This document shows positions 1 to 9,391 of a DNA stretch of 64,000 nucleotides, piece after piece. The position numbers were made by a program, and so were the translations under genes. Source of the stretch: Thermodesulfobacteriota bacterium (GTDB taxonomy: Bacteria > Desulfobacterota_D > UBA1144 > Nemesobacterales > UBA2774). The notes beneath the pieces are model-generated. The model worked only from the letters and a program-made list of their open reading frames with translations, was not told where the DNA came from and did not search any database. The stretch is from contig OZ244991.1 of NCBI GenBank assembly GCA_965223335.1, forward strand, positions 1-64,000, in the 5' to 3' direction. The number at the start of each line of letters is the position of its first letter. Position 1 is the stretch's first letter.

Positions 1-175
1 CACAAGCCCTTCCAACGCATTTTTGGCTGTGAGATATAGAAATAACTGGTACTACATTGATGACAGCGATGTTGATTCCAAACAAACACTGTTTTTATTA
101 CAAACACTCTTTACTCTCCAAGCAGGCGAGCTACTTAAAGCCAGCGCCCCGATCTTGAGCTTACCGCTTAGGTGA
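1..175 (+). CDS. 3' end of a conserved hypothetical protein (partial, starts before window)
   Basis: Frame from base 2 is open to TGA at 173-175: TSPSNAFLAVRYRNNWYYIDDSDVDSKQTLFLLQTLFTLQAGELLKASAPILSLPLR*. Not in the ORF track; protein-like composition. Confidence 0.7.
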   Translation, partial: TSPSNAFLAVRYRNNWYYIDDSDVDSKQTLFLLQTLFTLQAGELLKASAPILSLPLR

Positions 176-330
176 TTTTAAAACTATTACAACAATAATT
201 CTCTCACCTGCTCCCATATTCATATATACTAATGTATAATTATCAGGCATAATCATTGTTACTTGATATTACAGATACTCTTAATATATAATCAGTTTGT
301 TCTATCTAGAAAACAACATGGGGAGGGGTT

Positions 331-906
331 ATGTGGAAAACAAATAGATTAATGAGTGCACTCGGATGGGTATTTATAGCAATGTTAGCTATTTCAGGTT
401 GCAGCAGTAATAACGGTGGGGGTAATAATGGTGGCGGAGGTAATGGTGGAGGTGGGATGAATATGACTCCCATCAGCTGCAGTGAAGGCACTACCAATAT
501 CAATGATACAAGCTCTGTCACAATAGATGGTGATGGATCAGAATGTATTTTTGCTTCATCCGAATGCAATGTTGTCATCAGCTCAGATGCAAATGTAAAT
601 CTTCAGAACTGCTCGACATGCATTAAGGCTATCGGCAGTTCAAGTGTAACAGTAAACGCAGGTGCTACGATCAATTGTACTGCCAATAGTGACGGGATCG
701 ATACAGAAAATAGTGCAGTTGTAGACCTCTCAGCTAGCAATTCGATCTTAATCAATGCAGGCTCTGACGGGGTTGAGTCCTCAAGCACATCAATGGTCTC
801 ATTTGTTTCCCCATTGTGCCAAATACAGTCCGGATCTACACCACTCGATGCTGAGGGCAGTTCCGTAATAAACACATCAATGTGCGGTCAGCTTATAACT
901 CAATGA
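331..906 (+). CDS. Cys-rich lipoprotein with Gly/Asn linker and probable beta-helix repeats
   Basis: GGGAGG SD upstream; signal peptide with lipobox ISG|C; NNGGG linker; repeated 'sDGId/sDGVe' turns. Confidence 0.7.
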   Translation: MWKTNRLMSALGWVFIAMLAISGCSSNNGGGNNGGGGNGGGGMNMTPISCSEGTTNINDTSSVTIDGDGSECIFASSECNVVISSDANVNLQNCSTCIKAIGSSSVTVNAGATINCTANSDGIDTENSAVVDLSASNSILINAGSDGVESSSTSMVSFVSPLCQIQSGSTPLDAEGSSVINTSMCGQLITQ

Positions 907-952
907 TGTGAAGGCTAAATATACATTTATATCTCTTAAACAGGTGAGCTTA

Positions 953-2305
953 TCAGAATGCTAATCTGAACCTCATTCCGAACACAGCAACAAGATCCTG
1001 TTCTGGGGCTTCTGACGGATGGATAATGAGCTGGATATCCGGTGTAATCTGAACACTGGGAAACAACTGTATTCTAAGAAAAGACTCCATCACATATTGC
1101 GCACGCAGGCCGTTTTGTTCCGGCTCTCCCCATGCCAGTGCAAATCCCAAAAGATTATCGTCATATCCTAATCTAAGCGGATCATAAATACCGACTCCAC
1201 CCGATGCAAGCATCTTAAGATTCGTTACACTCCCGTTAGACAAAGAGTATCGTATAAACACACTGTAATCTCTGCCCAGGTCCTGTTGTAGTGTAATAGC
1301 TATCCCATTACCCGAGGGAATTTTTTTCTTTTTACGTCTATCCGAGTGCCAATAAGCCACATGATAGTTCCCTTTCCCTAACCTATTTATTTGAGGCAGC
1401 ACCCCGATTTCGACTCCATAAAAGAATTCTCCCTCGCCAAAGAAAGTGCCGAAATCAAATGTGGCAGATTTAGCATTTGCATCCCCTATGCTGGCCAACA
1501 TATAAACAGTTTCATTAGGCTGGAATAGTATTGCTCCCCCCAAGCCGTTATCAGGAAATGGAATGGTAGGATTATCTGAGAATGCCGAGTTAATAAAAAA
1601 CAGTTTACTACTACTAAAGTTAAAAGAATCAATATAATCAATCTGAAGTATTTTCCCCACCCGGAACACAACCTTGTCATTAAATATGTGCTGCTCCCAC
1701 CAGAGCTGAGAAATAAAAAAATTGTTCTTACTGAAATCCCCATCGGTACGCCAAAGAGATCCTATATTCTCAGCTAATTGCGACGGTGTTATATCGGTAA
1801 ATAGTCTATGTTTGGTCGATGAACGAAATCCTATGTAGCCTGGATAAGAACCCTTCTCAGACAGTACTTCGAGCCGTCCCGAAAAGTCCAATATGCCCCC
1901 GGCCGCATTATTGATTTTATCCTTCTGCGTTGCGTTGCTCGCCACCTGATACAAAGCTGTATATGCAATAACTAAGTCGAGCCCAGCCCAGTCCGTAAGC
2001 TTTTTATTATATTTCTTCCATGGCCTTACGAAAAACCCAAAGGGATCATAATCAATTACACTCTTTTTAGTAATCTCTGCCTGCGTTATTTCCTCCGCAA
2101 TACTATCAGGCGCTCTATTAGCAACGGCCCTCGGTTCTACCGCATCTTCTTTTTTTATCTCTTCGCTTATTATCTCATAGTCTTTCTTGCCGCTGTCCTT
2201 TTGTGCACTTGACTCGTTTGCAACAGTTGATCGCTCTTGTGCAATCACCGATATCGGTATCAACAGTACGAATACACCCAGTAAAATTGTATATAGATTA
2301 GTCAT
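953..2305 (-). CDS. carbohydrate-selective porin (OprB family)
   Basis: Signal peptide; 'QLWWEQ...RVGKI', 'SAFSDNPTIPFP', 'QITPDIQLIIHP'; C-terminal RFRLAF barrel signature. Confidence 0.8.
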   Translation of the reverse strand: MTNLYTILLGVFVLLIPISVIAQERSTVANESSAQKDSGKKDYEIISEEIKKEDAVEPRAVANRAPDSIAEEITQAEITKKSVIDYDPFGFFVRPWKKYNKKLTDWAGLDLVIAYTALYQVASNATQKDKINNAAGGILDFSGRLEVLSEKGSYPGYIGFRSSTKHRLFTDITPSQLAENIGSLWRTDGDFSKNNFFISQLWWEQHIFNDKVVFRVGKILQIDYIDSFNFSSSKLFFINSAFSDNPTIPFPDNGLGGAILFQPNETVYMLASIGDANAKSATFDFGTFFGEGEFFYGVEIGVLPQINRLGKGNYHVAYWHSDRRKKKKIPSGNGIAITLQQDLGRDYSVFIRYSLSNGSVTNLKMLASGGVGIYDPLRLGYDDNLLGFALAWGEPEQNGLRAQYVMESFLRIQLFPSVQITPDIQLIIHPSEAPEQDLVAVFGMRFRLAF

Positions 2306-2333
2306 GTCGTAAGTTTGGAGTCACTCCAATTCA

Positions 2334-3170
2334 CTAACGGGGAAACATTAAGAACATTGCTATCTTTAACTGTGCTTTTGGACCCCCATCGGGCCTTATG
2401 GGAACACCATACCCCCCAAGAGAGATATCAACTGCATGCCCCTTTGTCCCTAATACGAACGTCTTTCCAATTCCCAAGCCCAAGGGTACCGTCCACCTGT
2501 CAGAGGTATCGAGTTTCCAATCTGCGTTGATAACCGGATTGTAGGCCAAACTTAACCCTGGTAAGGACTCTATATTATAGAATAATAATGGCTGAATTGT
2601 TAATGTACTATAGTTGCCATCGAATGACCAATGATTGCTAACAAGTCCACCTACTGAGAACTGTCCTATACTCCCTATTAGTACTCCGCCTATTCCAGCT
2701 CCCCAATCTGGTCCCTTTAGATCCCTCTCAGTATGCGTCGCAAAAGAGATCTGCGGTCCGATCCCCCACTTCCAGTTACCTGATCCACCACTTGGGGCAA
2801 CAAACAGTTGTAGCATCGAGTCACCTAACCCCCATGTCGTTCCATTACCCCCGCCTCCCGGGTCCAGAATCGGCAGTTCACTGCCTTTTGGGGCCCCGAC
2901 AATAGGTACTATGGCTCTTGGAATAAGGTTCACTCCCCAGTCAGTATTTATTGAATACACGCCCTGGATTTGAAATACATAGGCTGTGTCTTCATTATCA
3001 CCTGTCTTAAAATTTATAGTATTATCAGATACTAAAGCAGATATGCTAGCTAATGGGTCTTGAGCAGCACGTGCGAGGTCTTCCAGACTCGCACCCTTAT
3101 CCTCGGCGTATGATGGCACACACATTACAACTACAAATATAAAACTATATAACGCAATGAATTTTATCAT
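2334..3170 (-). CDS. putative outer-membrane beta-barrel protein (family often auto-labelled neuromedin U / transporter)
   Basis: Signal peptide; 'LARAAQDPLA', 'GLGD', 'WGIGP', 'WTVPLGLGIGK', C-terminal FLMFPR. Confidence 0.65.
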   Translation of the reverse strand: MIKFIALYSFIFVVVMCVPSYAEDKGASLEDLARAAQDPLASISALVSDNTINFKTGDNEDTAYVFQIQGVYSINTDWGVNLIPRAIVPIVGAPKGSELPILDPGGGGNGTTWGLGDSMLQLFVAPSGGSGNWKWGIGPQISFATHTERDLKGPDWGAGIGGVLIGSIGQFSVGGLVSNHWSFDGNYSTLTIQPLLFYNIESLPGLSLAYNPVINADWKLDTSDRWTVPLGLGIGKTFVLGTKGHAVDISLGGYGVPIRPDGGPKAQLKIAMFLMFPR

Positions 3171-3255
3171 GGTCGGCCCCTTATCCTCACAATTTTAGCT
3201 AATACTCTTATCTATCCAGTTGATAAATTCTAGCTTATACAATACCAACTATCAA

Positions 3256-6200
3256 TTATTCTAATCCGTCCACCAAGCACAAATCATTGCCGTCGGCAGG
3301 GATAATTTTATTTCTTATTATTTGTACTGCATAGTCATATACAAAATATGCCATACGTACAAAAAACCATACAAATTGAGATGTATCTACCCCTACCCTA
3401 TGATCCGTTATTGTTCCCGACACCCTAATAGGAGCACCGAAATTAACCAGTTGAGGTCTCTTAGCACGAGGATTAAATAAAAGGTCAATTTCATTATTGC
3501 CAAAATCAACATTTCCCTTAACCCTGACCCTCACATTGGTAGTATCTATATACAGCCTATCGGGTTTGAGTACACCGTCGTTTAATCTTAGTTCACCGAT
3601 AATGCAGTTTACTTTAGACTCAGTCCTTTCACCGAAGTTTGGGATAAGCCTATTTACGAGGCCGAGCGCCCATATATCAAATATCCTTGCCCCCGCCGAT
3701 GCCGGCAGCATTTTGACATCGATCTTCCCATCGGCGTTACTCATTACATTAGTAATATTCTTACCGCTTGACTGAATGCTGAGCTCCAAGTCCATTTCTC
3801 CCCCAACCTCGGACTGCGGGTCAAACATCTGCCACAATAGCCCGTATTGAAACTGTTCTATGTCCACAAGCGCTTTAAGCTCCATCTCCGATTCTCCGGA
3901 TACCAACTCTACATCGACGTTTACAGCACCCCCGGGCCAAGTAATATTAAACGGCTCAACATTCAAATGTCCCTGTTCAAGGGTTAAACCCATTTCGGCC
4001 CTGCCGATCTCTTCTTGCCCCACACGCAGTCTATCAATATCCAGATCTACCCGAGCATCTAGGCTCGACATCGTATTGTAGTTAAGCAACTCATCCAGCT
4101 TCTTTAACGTTCGTAATTTCGAGTCACTACTTTGGCTCTCTTGTTCTGAATCATTGATTTGAGCCCACCCCTCACCCTCACGCCACAAAATATCGCGTAT
4201 CTGTACCGAATCGGCACTGAGCTCAACATCAAGGTACGTCGGCTCACGGTCCATCAATATACTGGCACTACCTTTTAAGTCCGACTCCCCCACATGTAAC
4301 ACAAGATCTCTTAAGAAGTAGCCGGTGTCGTTTGATTGATAGTTGCCCTCTACACTATAGGGGCCGAAATGTGGCAGCTCAATACCAACCAGCTTGTTTA
4401 GGCTTTGGAGATCATCCCCGCTCATCGACATTTTCATGTTAAGGGCATTTAATCTAAGCGGTAACACAACCTCACCGCTCATACTCAACTTAGTGCCTGT
4501 AGACTCAGCATCGATAGTCATACCCAACATCTCAACCCCGCTTTCTTCATCCAGTAATTCATTTGCAACACCTCTAATATTGAGCGGAGTATTTTTTATA
4601 GAACCTTTTGTTATTACATCGATACTCTCATCAAGTATCCATTTGGCTTTAACTTGAGAGATCATATATTTAACTTTTTCTTGATTCCACCTATCCCTTA
4701 TGGACCAAATACCATCCACTGCAGTTATATCCAGCACTACATTATCGATCCACTTGTTATTTGCCCCAAGCTCAAATTTAGGCCTGAACTGAACCTCACT
4801 GGCCGTGGCGTATATACCCTCTGCTAAACCCAGGTCCCCCAGCAATCCCCCGATCTCAATATCATCGGCAGATACGTCGGCGCTTATTTTCAAAAAATAA
4901 TCCGTTATGTCTAAAGAATATGTGCCCTTCACAATTGAATCACCCATCTTCCCCATAACAGGTGAATTGATTACAAGTCCATTCAGCAGCTTCCCACCTA
5001 GCTCTATATCCTCGATCTCCATATCCTCGTACCGTAACCTTTTTGCCTTCAGGTTTAGATCACCATCTTTAATCCCTAGTTTTTTAACAAAACTGAACTT
5101 CCCCTCACCAATTGAATTTTGTTCTTTCTCCCGTTTGCCTCTATCCTCGCCAGAGAATATCTTGTCAAGATCGTTTATATCCAACATATCGAAGGCCAGG
5201 TCCGTGTAGAGTCGTCTGGCACCCCGCAGATTCTTCACATTAAACCCACCTTTAACCATTGTAGCCCCGAGCTTTCCATCCAATGAATCAACCGAAATAT
5301 TATCGTTATCGAAAACAATATTCCCACCTAGCCCGTAATGCCCCTCTGCCTGCGAGTTAATTTCAAAAAATGGCCACAGATCACCGACACGCTCCCCTCT
5401 AAATCTAATCCCGAGCCGCATATTATCCCTTTTCGCAGAACCATCGTACGAGCCCCGAACTTGTAAATCCGCACCTTTTTGTGAAGCCCGAATATCATAG
5501 CTGCATAGCTCTTGTTGAAACAATGCCATGGGATCACAAATACCCAGCTCAACATCTGTGGGTCTATCTAACCATTCTCCCTTAAGCGACACTCTCAAAC
5601 CTTTACCTTGCGGTCTTTGCATGACCCCATCTGCAATTTTAATCCCAACGAGGTCTCTATTCTTGCCCATTACCCACTCGAAATTACCCCCGCTCATCCT
5701 CATTTCGAGATCCATATTCGTTACAATAGACAATGGACTATCACCATGACTCGCAATACCCAGTGAAAGACTGTCATAACCCCCTCTTAGGTCATTGACT
5801 CCCAGTAGTCTCAGTATGCTGTCCAAGTTTTGTTTTTGGCTTTTTAGATCGAGTTTTATCTTTGGTATGTCCTGGGCCATGTTGAGATTGATATGACCCT
5901 CTAGCCCTGAGTCCACGTCTACCATTGCAAACGGTATATCCAATACACCGTCAGACAACATCACCTTAATCGACCCTTGACTCATGTCTAATGGCGAGTT
6001 TGCAAGTTGATCAACCAACAACTCAAGATTCACTTCCGCCCTCCTCAAAAGATCCAGAGTCGCAATTTCCCTATCACTTTTGAGCATTTCCAAAGTACTT
6101 TTGTCTCTAGAACCGCCACTCGGCCACAATGCAGACATCGACTGCAAATCCAAATTGCTAAGCTCAAGTCTACCGCTCACCCGGGGCAGATCAGCACCAA

Positions 6201-7185
6201 AATCAAGTGCCATGTTTCCGTTAAACCAAGTTGCACCAAGGTTGCCGGTAATCTCGTTCAGTTTGTAGCCCTCATGATCGCTTTCAAATTTTCCTTCGAT
6301 TCTATATTCGGGTGGGCTGATATCGAAGGGCGTCATACTCCATACAGAAGTTTGTGATTCCTCTGCCTCCAGGGCAAAAGATAAATCAATATCCCCCCCA
6401 CCCATGGGATCTGTTATCGAGCCTCTTGCCTCTACGAATGTGTTACTAAAGATCGTAGTGTAAAGATTAAGAGGCCAGGGTTCGTCTGAATCTAAGAGCG
6501 TTTTGAGTCCGCCTCCGTTAAATACAATCTGAATAGGTTGGTTATTTACGAAGACCTCACCACTAAGGCCACTGTCTTGATTGCTGGGCAAGTTTCCCTT
6601 CAAGCTGCTAATTTCAATATCGTAATTCTTATCAGACCCGGTGTCTTTATACGAAATAGAGACGTCCTCGATCAATAAGTTGTTTATCGCCCCCGGCTTG
6701 AATGATGGTTGTGTTTGATTTTTATCAGTTCCAGGACTGCTATCTTTAGACCCGTTATCCTGACCTAATGTCCAGTTATGAAGACCCTCAGCTGTTTTTA
6801 GAAGGAAGACACTCGAATCCTTAAGCTCAATATCATGAATATCCAGCCTCTTTAATACGAGTGGTAAAAGCCCAATTTTTACGCGAGCAAATCCTATTCT
6901 AGCAAAGTCGCTTTGTTCCCATCCTCTAGGATTTGCAATTTTAATGTCTGTGATCTCTACCGCTGGCCAAAGAGATGGCACGAGTTTGATCTGCCCATCA
7001 ATTGTGACTTGTCTTTGGAGCTGTGTAGATGCCATCTGTTCCAAGTCCCCCTTTATCCAGCCCAAGTTGACTCGGATCTGAAACAGCATCAATATTGCTA
7101 TCACTAAGATGGTAATTGCTATGCTACTGCCCAAGATGTATAAGAACCTCTGGGCAAATCTGCGTGTCCGGTCCATTTTCGACAT
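3256..7185 (-). CDS. AsmA-family (bridge-like lipid transfer) protein, 1309 aa
   Basis: N-terminal TM anchor; 'LQRQVTIDG', 'IANPRGW', 'NW'; C-terminal AsmA2-like 'NCIIGEL..NDG..IDT..V.GNVDF..ID..P..K...PIRVSGT'. Confidence 0.8.
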   Translation of the reverse strand: MSKMDRTRRFAQRFLYILGSSIAITILVIAILMLFQIRVNLGWIKGDLEQMASTQLQRQVTIDGQIKLVPSLWPAVEITDIKIANPRGWEQSDFARIGFARVKIGLLPLVLKRLDIHDIELKDSSVFLLKTAEGLHNWTLGQDNGSKDSSPGTDKNQTQPSFKPGAINNLLIEDVSISYKDTGSDKNYDIEISSLKGNLPSNQDSGLSGEVFVNNQPIQIVFNGGGLKTLLDSDEPWPLNLYTTIFSNTFVEARGSITDPMGGGDIDLSFALEAEESQTSVWSMTPFDISPPEYRIEGKFESDHEGYKLNEITGNLGATWFNGNMALDFGADLPRVSGRLELSNLDLQSMSALWPSGGSRDKSTLEMLKSDREIATLDLLRRAEVNLELLVDQLANSPLDMSQGSIKVMLSDGVLDIPFAMVDVDSGLEGHINLNMAQDIPKIKLDLKSQKQNLDSILRLLGVNDLRGGYDSLSLGIASHGDSPLSIVTNMDLEMRMSGGNFEWVMGKNRDLVGIKIADGVMQRPQGKGLRVSLKGEWLDRPTDVELGICDPMALFQQELCSYDIRASQKGADLQVRGSYDGSAKRDNMRLGIRFRGERVGDLWPFFEINSQAEGHYGLGGNIVFDNDNISVDSLDGKLGATMVKGGFNVKNLRGARRLYTDLAFDMLDINDLDKIFSGEDRGKREKEQNSIGEGKFSFVKKLGIKDGDLNLKAKRLRYEDMEIEDIELGGKLLNGLVINSPVMGKMGDSIVKGTYSLDITDYFLKISADVSADDIEIGGLLGDLGLAEGIYATASEVQFRPKFELGANNKWIDNVVLDITAVDGIWSIRDRWNQEKVKYMISQVKAKWILDESIDVITKGSIKNTPLNIRGVANELLDEESGVEMLGMTIDAESTGTKLSMSGEVVLPLRLNALNMKMSMSGDDLQSLNKLVGIELPHFGPYSVEGNYQSNDTGYFLRDLVLHVGESDLKGSASILMDREPTYLDVELSADSVQIRDILWREGEGWAQINDSEQESQSSDSKLRTLKKLDELLNYNTMSSLDARVDLDIDRLRVGQEEIGRAEMGLTLEQGHLNVEPFNITWPGGAVNVDVELVSGESEMELKALVDIEQFQYGLLWQMFDPQSEVGGEMDLELSIQSSGKNITNVMSNADGKIDVKMLPASAGARIFDIWALGLVNRLIPNFGERTESKVNCIIGELRLNDGVLKPDRLYIDTTNVRVRVKGNVDFGNNEIDLLFNPRAKRPQLVNFGAPIRVSGTITDHRVGVDTSQFVWFFVRMAYFVYDYAVQIIRNKIIPADGNDLCLVDGLE

Positions 7186-7342
7186 AATCGACCCAGTTTA
7201 CAATTGGAAAAGATTCACCAACACCAATAGCTATACAGGCAAATCTCTTATAGGGGACTGGATATCATAGATACGATACCGTATATAGCTAATTATATCT
7301 ATGCAGATGTACTAATACAATTTAGATTGAGGAATTTTAACT

Positions 7343-7939
7343 CTATTCTACTGACTGGTTCAAATCTTTGCCGGGCGACGATTCGATAAATTGATGATAA
7401 GTCTTTTTTCTATCCTGATACAAGAGATACAAGATAAACGAAAATATAATAAATAGTAGTATTGGTAATAGTTTAAGAATTATTACATCACAAGATTGAG
7501 TTTTAAGTATATCGTATTTAATATATAGATGCATAATATATAAAATTATAAGCATTCCCGACAAAACAATTCCAAAAAATAGCTGTATTTTCATGTATGT
7601 TACCATTTTATAGTCTCGATGTTTTATGAAATATGGAAAGATAACGCAATCGGATTTATTTAAAAATTCTTTTTCTATATTGGTTATCATAGCTAAATTA
7701 CGATTATACCAAAAAGATGCATCTATAACATGAGCGATAAACCACGAACACAATATTATGAATAAATCTATAGCTAAATGTATAGGTATTAATTTATTAG
7801 CCACGAGAGAAGAAATAGCAAACGCTGCAATTAATATACTTACAGACTGCCAAATTACAGAAATACGAACATTAGTACTATTCCATAATTGATTATACAT
7901 CTCTAATAAAAGTTTCTCTCTAGAATCATTAATTGCCAA
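7343..7939 (-). CDS. hypothetical integral membrane protein (about 4 TM)
   Basis: 198 aa with four hydrophobic segments; TTG start with GAGG upstream; very AT-rich. Confidence 0.7.
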   Translation of the reverse strand: MAINDSREKLLLEMYNQLWNSTNVRISVIWQSVSILIAAFAISSLVANKLIPIHLAIDLFIILCSWFIAHVIDASFWYNRNLAMITNIEKEFLNKSDCVIFPYFIKHRDYKMVTYMKIQLFFGIVLSGMLIILYIMHLYIKYDILKTQSCDVIILKLLPILLFIIFSFILYLLYQDRKKTYHQFIESSPGKDLNQSVE

Positions 7940-8032
7940 TAGATTGTTGCCTCATGATTAGTTTATAGTCAAATACAACAACTATCATATAAATAATAAT
8001 ATAGTATCTATTAGTAGTCTGAAATGATATTG

Positions 8033-8740
8033 TCATATTACGATCCTGAATCTGGACCAAGCGGAAATAATATTCTCACATGAAATTTTAAATGCTAAAT
8101 ATGGTGCATCAATTTCAATTTTATTACCGAATTTTTCATCCAAACGCGGCAACCATCTATTCCGGGCATAAGTCGCATCACCATTAGTCCAAAACTTGTT
8201 GAAACGCACAGCCATTTTCTGAACATAATTACCATCTACAGAAACCACTTTTGATGTTTTACTCATAATGTTGCATAGTTCTAATTGTTTATGTGGTGAA
8301 CCACCTAATAAATGCACCAATCTGCCATCAAATTCATTAATGGGAACATTTGTATGTCCATAGCCTGTTGGCACTGAATAACCCAAAATAACTTCTTTTT
8401 GATTTATTGTGGGTGGTATTTTTTTGATAATTCCCGTGACTTTTGGGATTACGACTACATAATCGCAATATTGTGTAGCTTCCTCTGCCCATGACAATAC
8501 TTCGTTTAATTGGCGTGCATCTTCAATATCTAATACAGTAGCAACTGTAGGTCGATATCTTTCTAATTCACGCATGTAATTTGTTCTGTTAGGATACCTC
8601 CAATCTTGATCAGCAAAATAAATCTTAAAATGCGGTTTATCGTTAGGGATTCTCGCTCCATATAAAAAACCACTCTCAATAGCAATTTCCGCGAATCTTT
8701 TATTACCACCAGCGCAGTAGATTAATTTAGGTATCGTCAT
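8033..8740 (-). CDS. DUF6610-like protein, predicted minimal TGT/DpdA-like (beta/alpha)8 barrel
   Basis: Motif series FADQD, TVLD, VIPK, LGYSVP, VHLLGGSP, SVDGN parallels the tRNA-guanine transglycosylase/DpdA barrel motifs. Family name from memory. Confidence 0.6.
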   Translation of the reverse strand: MTIPKLIYCAGGNKRFAEIAIESGFLYGARIPNDKPHFKIYFADQDWRYPNRTNYMRELERYRPTVATVLDIEDARQLNEVLSWAEEATQYCDYVVVIPKVTGIIKKIPPTINQKEVILGYSVPTGYGHTNVPINEFDGRLVHLLGGSPHKQLELCNIMSKTSKVVSVDGNYVQKMAVRFNKFWTNGDATYARNRWLPRLDEKFGNKIEIDAPYLAFKISCENIISAWSRFRIVI

Positions 8741-9062
8741 TGTTCAATATCAATCTCCAATGCATCATTTCTTTATGATCATTTATGACTTCCTTTTTTT
8801 CTAGGTTGAAGCCCTTTGACCTGTACCAATTATTAGAGGAAAGATCAGCAGGACACTTTGCGAATATACTTTTAGCACCTTTAACATTTTTTAGTGTTTC
8901 GAGCATACGAGTACCGATCCCCATATATTGTTTTTCTGGAGTTACAATAATTTCTCTAATTGTTATTTGGCCATCCTTTCGTAAATGCCAATGACAAAGA
9001 CCACCGTCAACTAATATCAATTCATTTCTAAGTACACTCTCATATAAAGTATTGAAAATCAT
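8727..9062 (-). CDS. GNAT-family acetyltransferase
   Basis: Acetyl-CoA motif A 'IIVTPEKQYMGIGTRML' and motif B 'NNWYRSKGF'; GGGGGA SD; ATG 9062 (TTG 9065 alternative); overlaps next gene by 14 nt. Confidence 0.8.
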   Translation of the reverse strand: MIFNTLYESVLRNELILVDGGLCHWHLRKDGQITIREIIVTPEKQYMGIGTRMLETLKNVKGAKSIFAKCPADLSSNNWYRSKGFNLEKKEVINDHKEMMHWRLILNNDDT

Positions 9063-9391
9063 CAATATCCCCCCTATCCATTAGCATAATATAGGGAAAT
9101 AAACTTTGGAAATGTTCAAATAGTATAATAGTACAATATTAGCCTAAATATAATATCCGATATGTAACAATTTAAATAACTAGTTAGAGGCAGGAGATCT
9201 ATGTGTACAATTTATAAGGAACAAATCTTATCAAAGCGCGAAATTCACCTGAAAACAACCGTGAGATTTACAAGGTGTTGAAGGCAGACTTTTAGGTGCA
9301 CTTTCTGAAGATTTCGTGGACTCAACAGCAAAACTGGCACCGCCCTCACCCCCTCCAGCCACAAGATAATACCCTTCATCTACTTAGATTA

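Noticed and set aside
409..458. GGT/AAT-rich tandem-like repeat
   Set aside because: Encodes the Gly/Asn linker of the lipoprotein; the poly-Pro ORF on the opposite strand is its shadow.
8130..8165. 'WLPRLD' in the TGT-like protein resembling a translated tRNA/att remnant
   Set aside because: The nucleotide sequence lacks the TTCGAA T-loop and does not match tRNA-Asn; coincidental.
9201..9281. 26-aa ORF MCTIYKEQ... after an AGGAG at the edge of the AT-rich cassette
   Set aside because: Too short, no recognisable motif; cannot be supported without conservation data.
9330..9350. CTGGCACCGCC as a degenerate att copy of the tRNA-Asn 3' end
   Set aside because: Match is short and imperfect; no integrase nearby.
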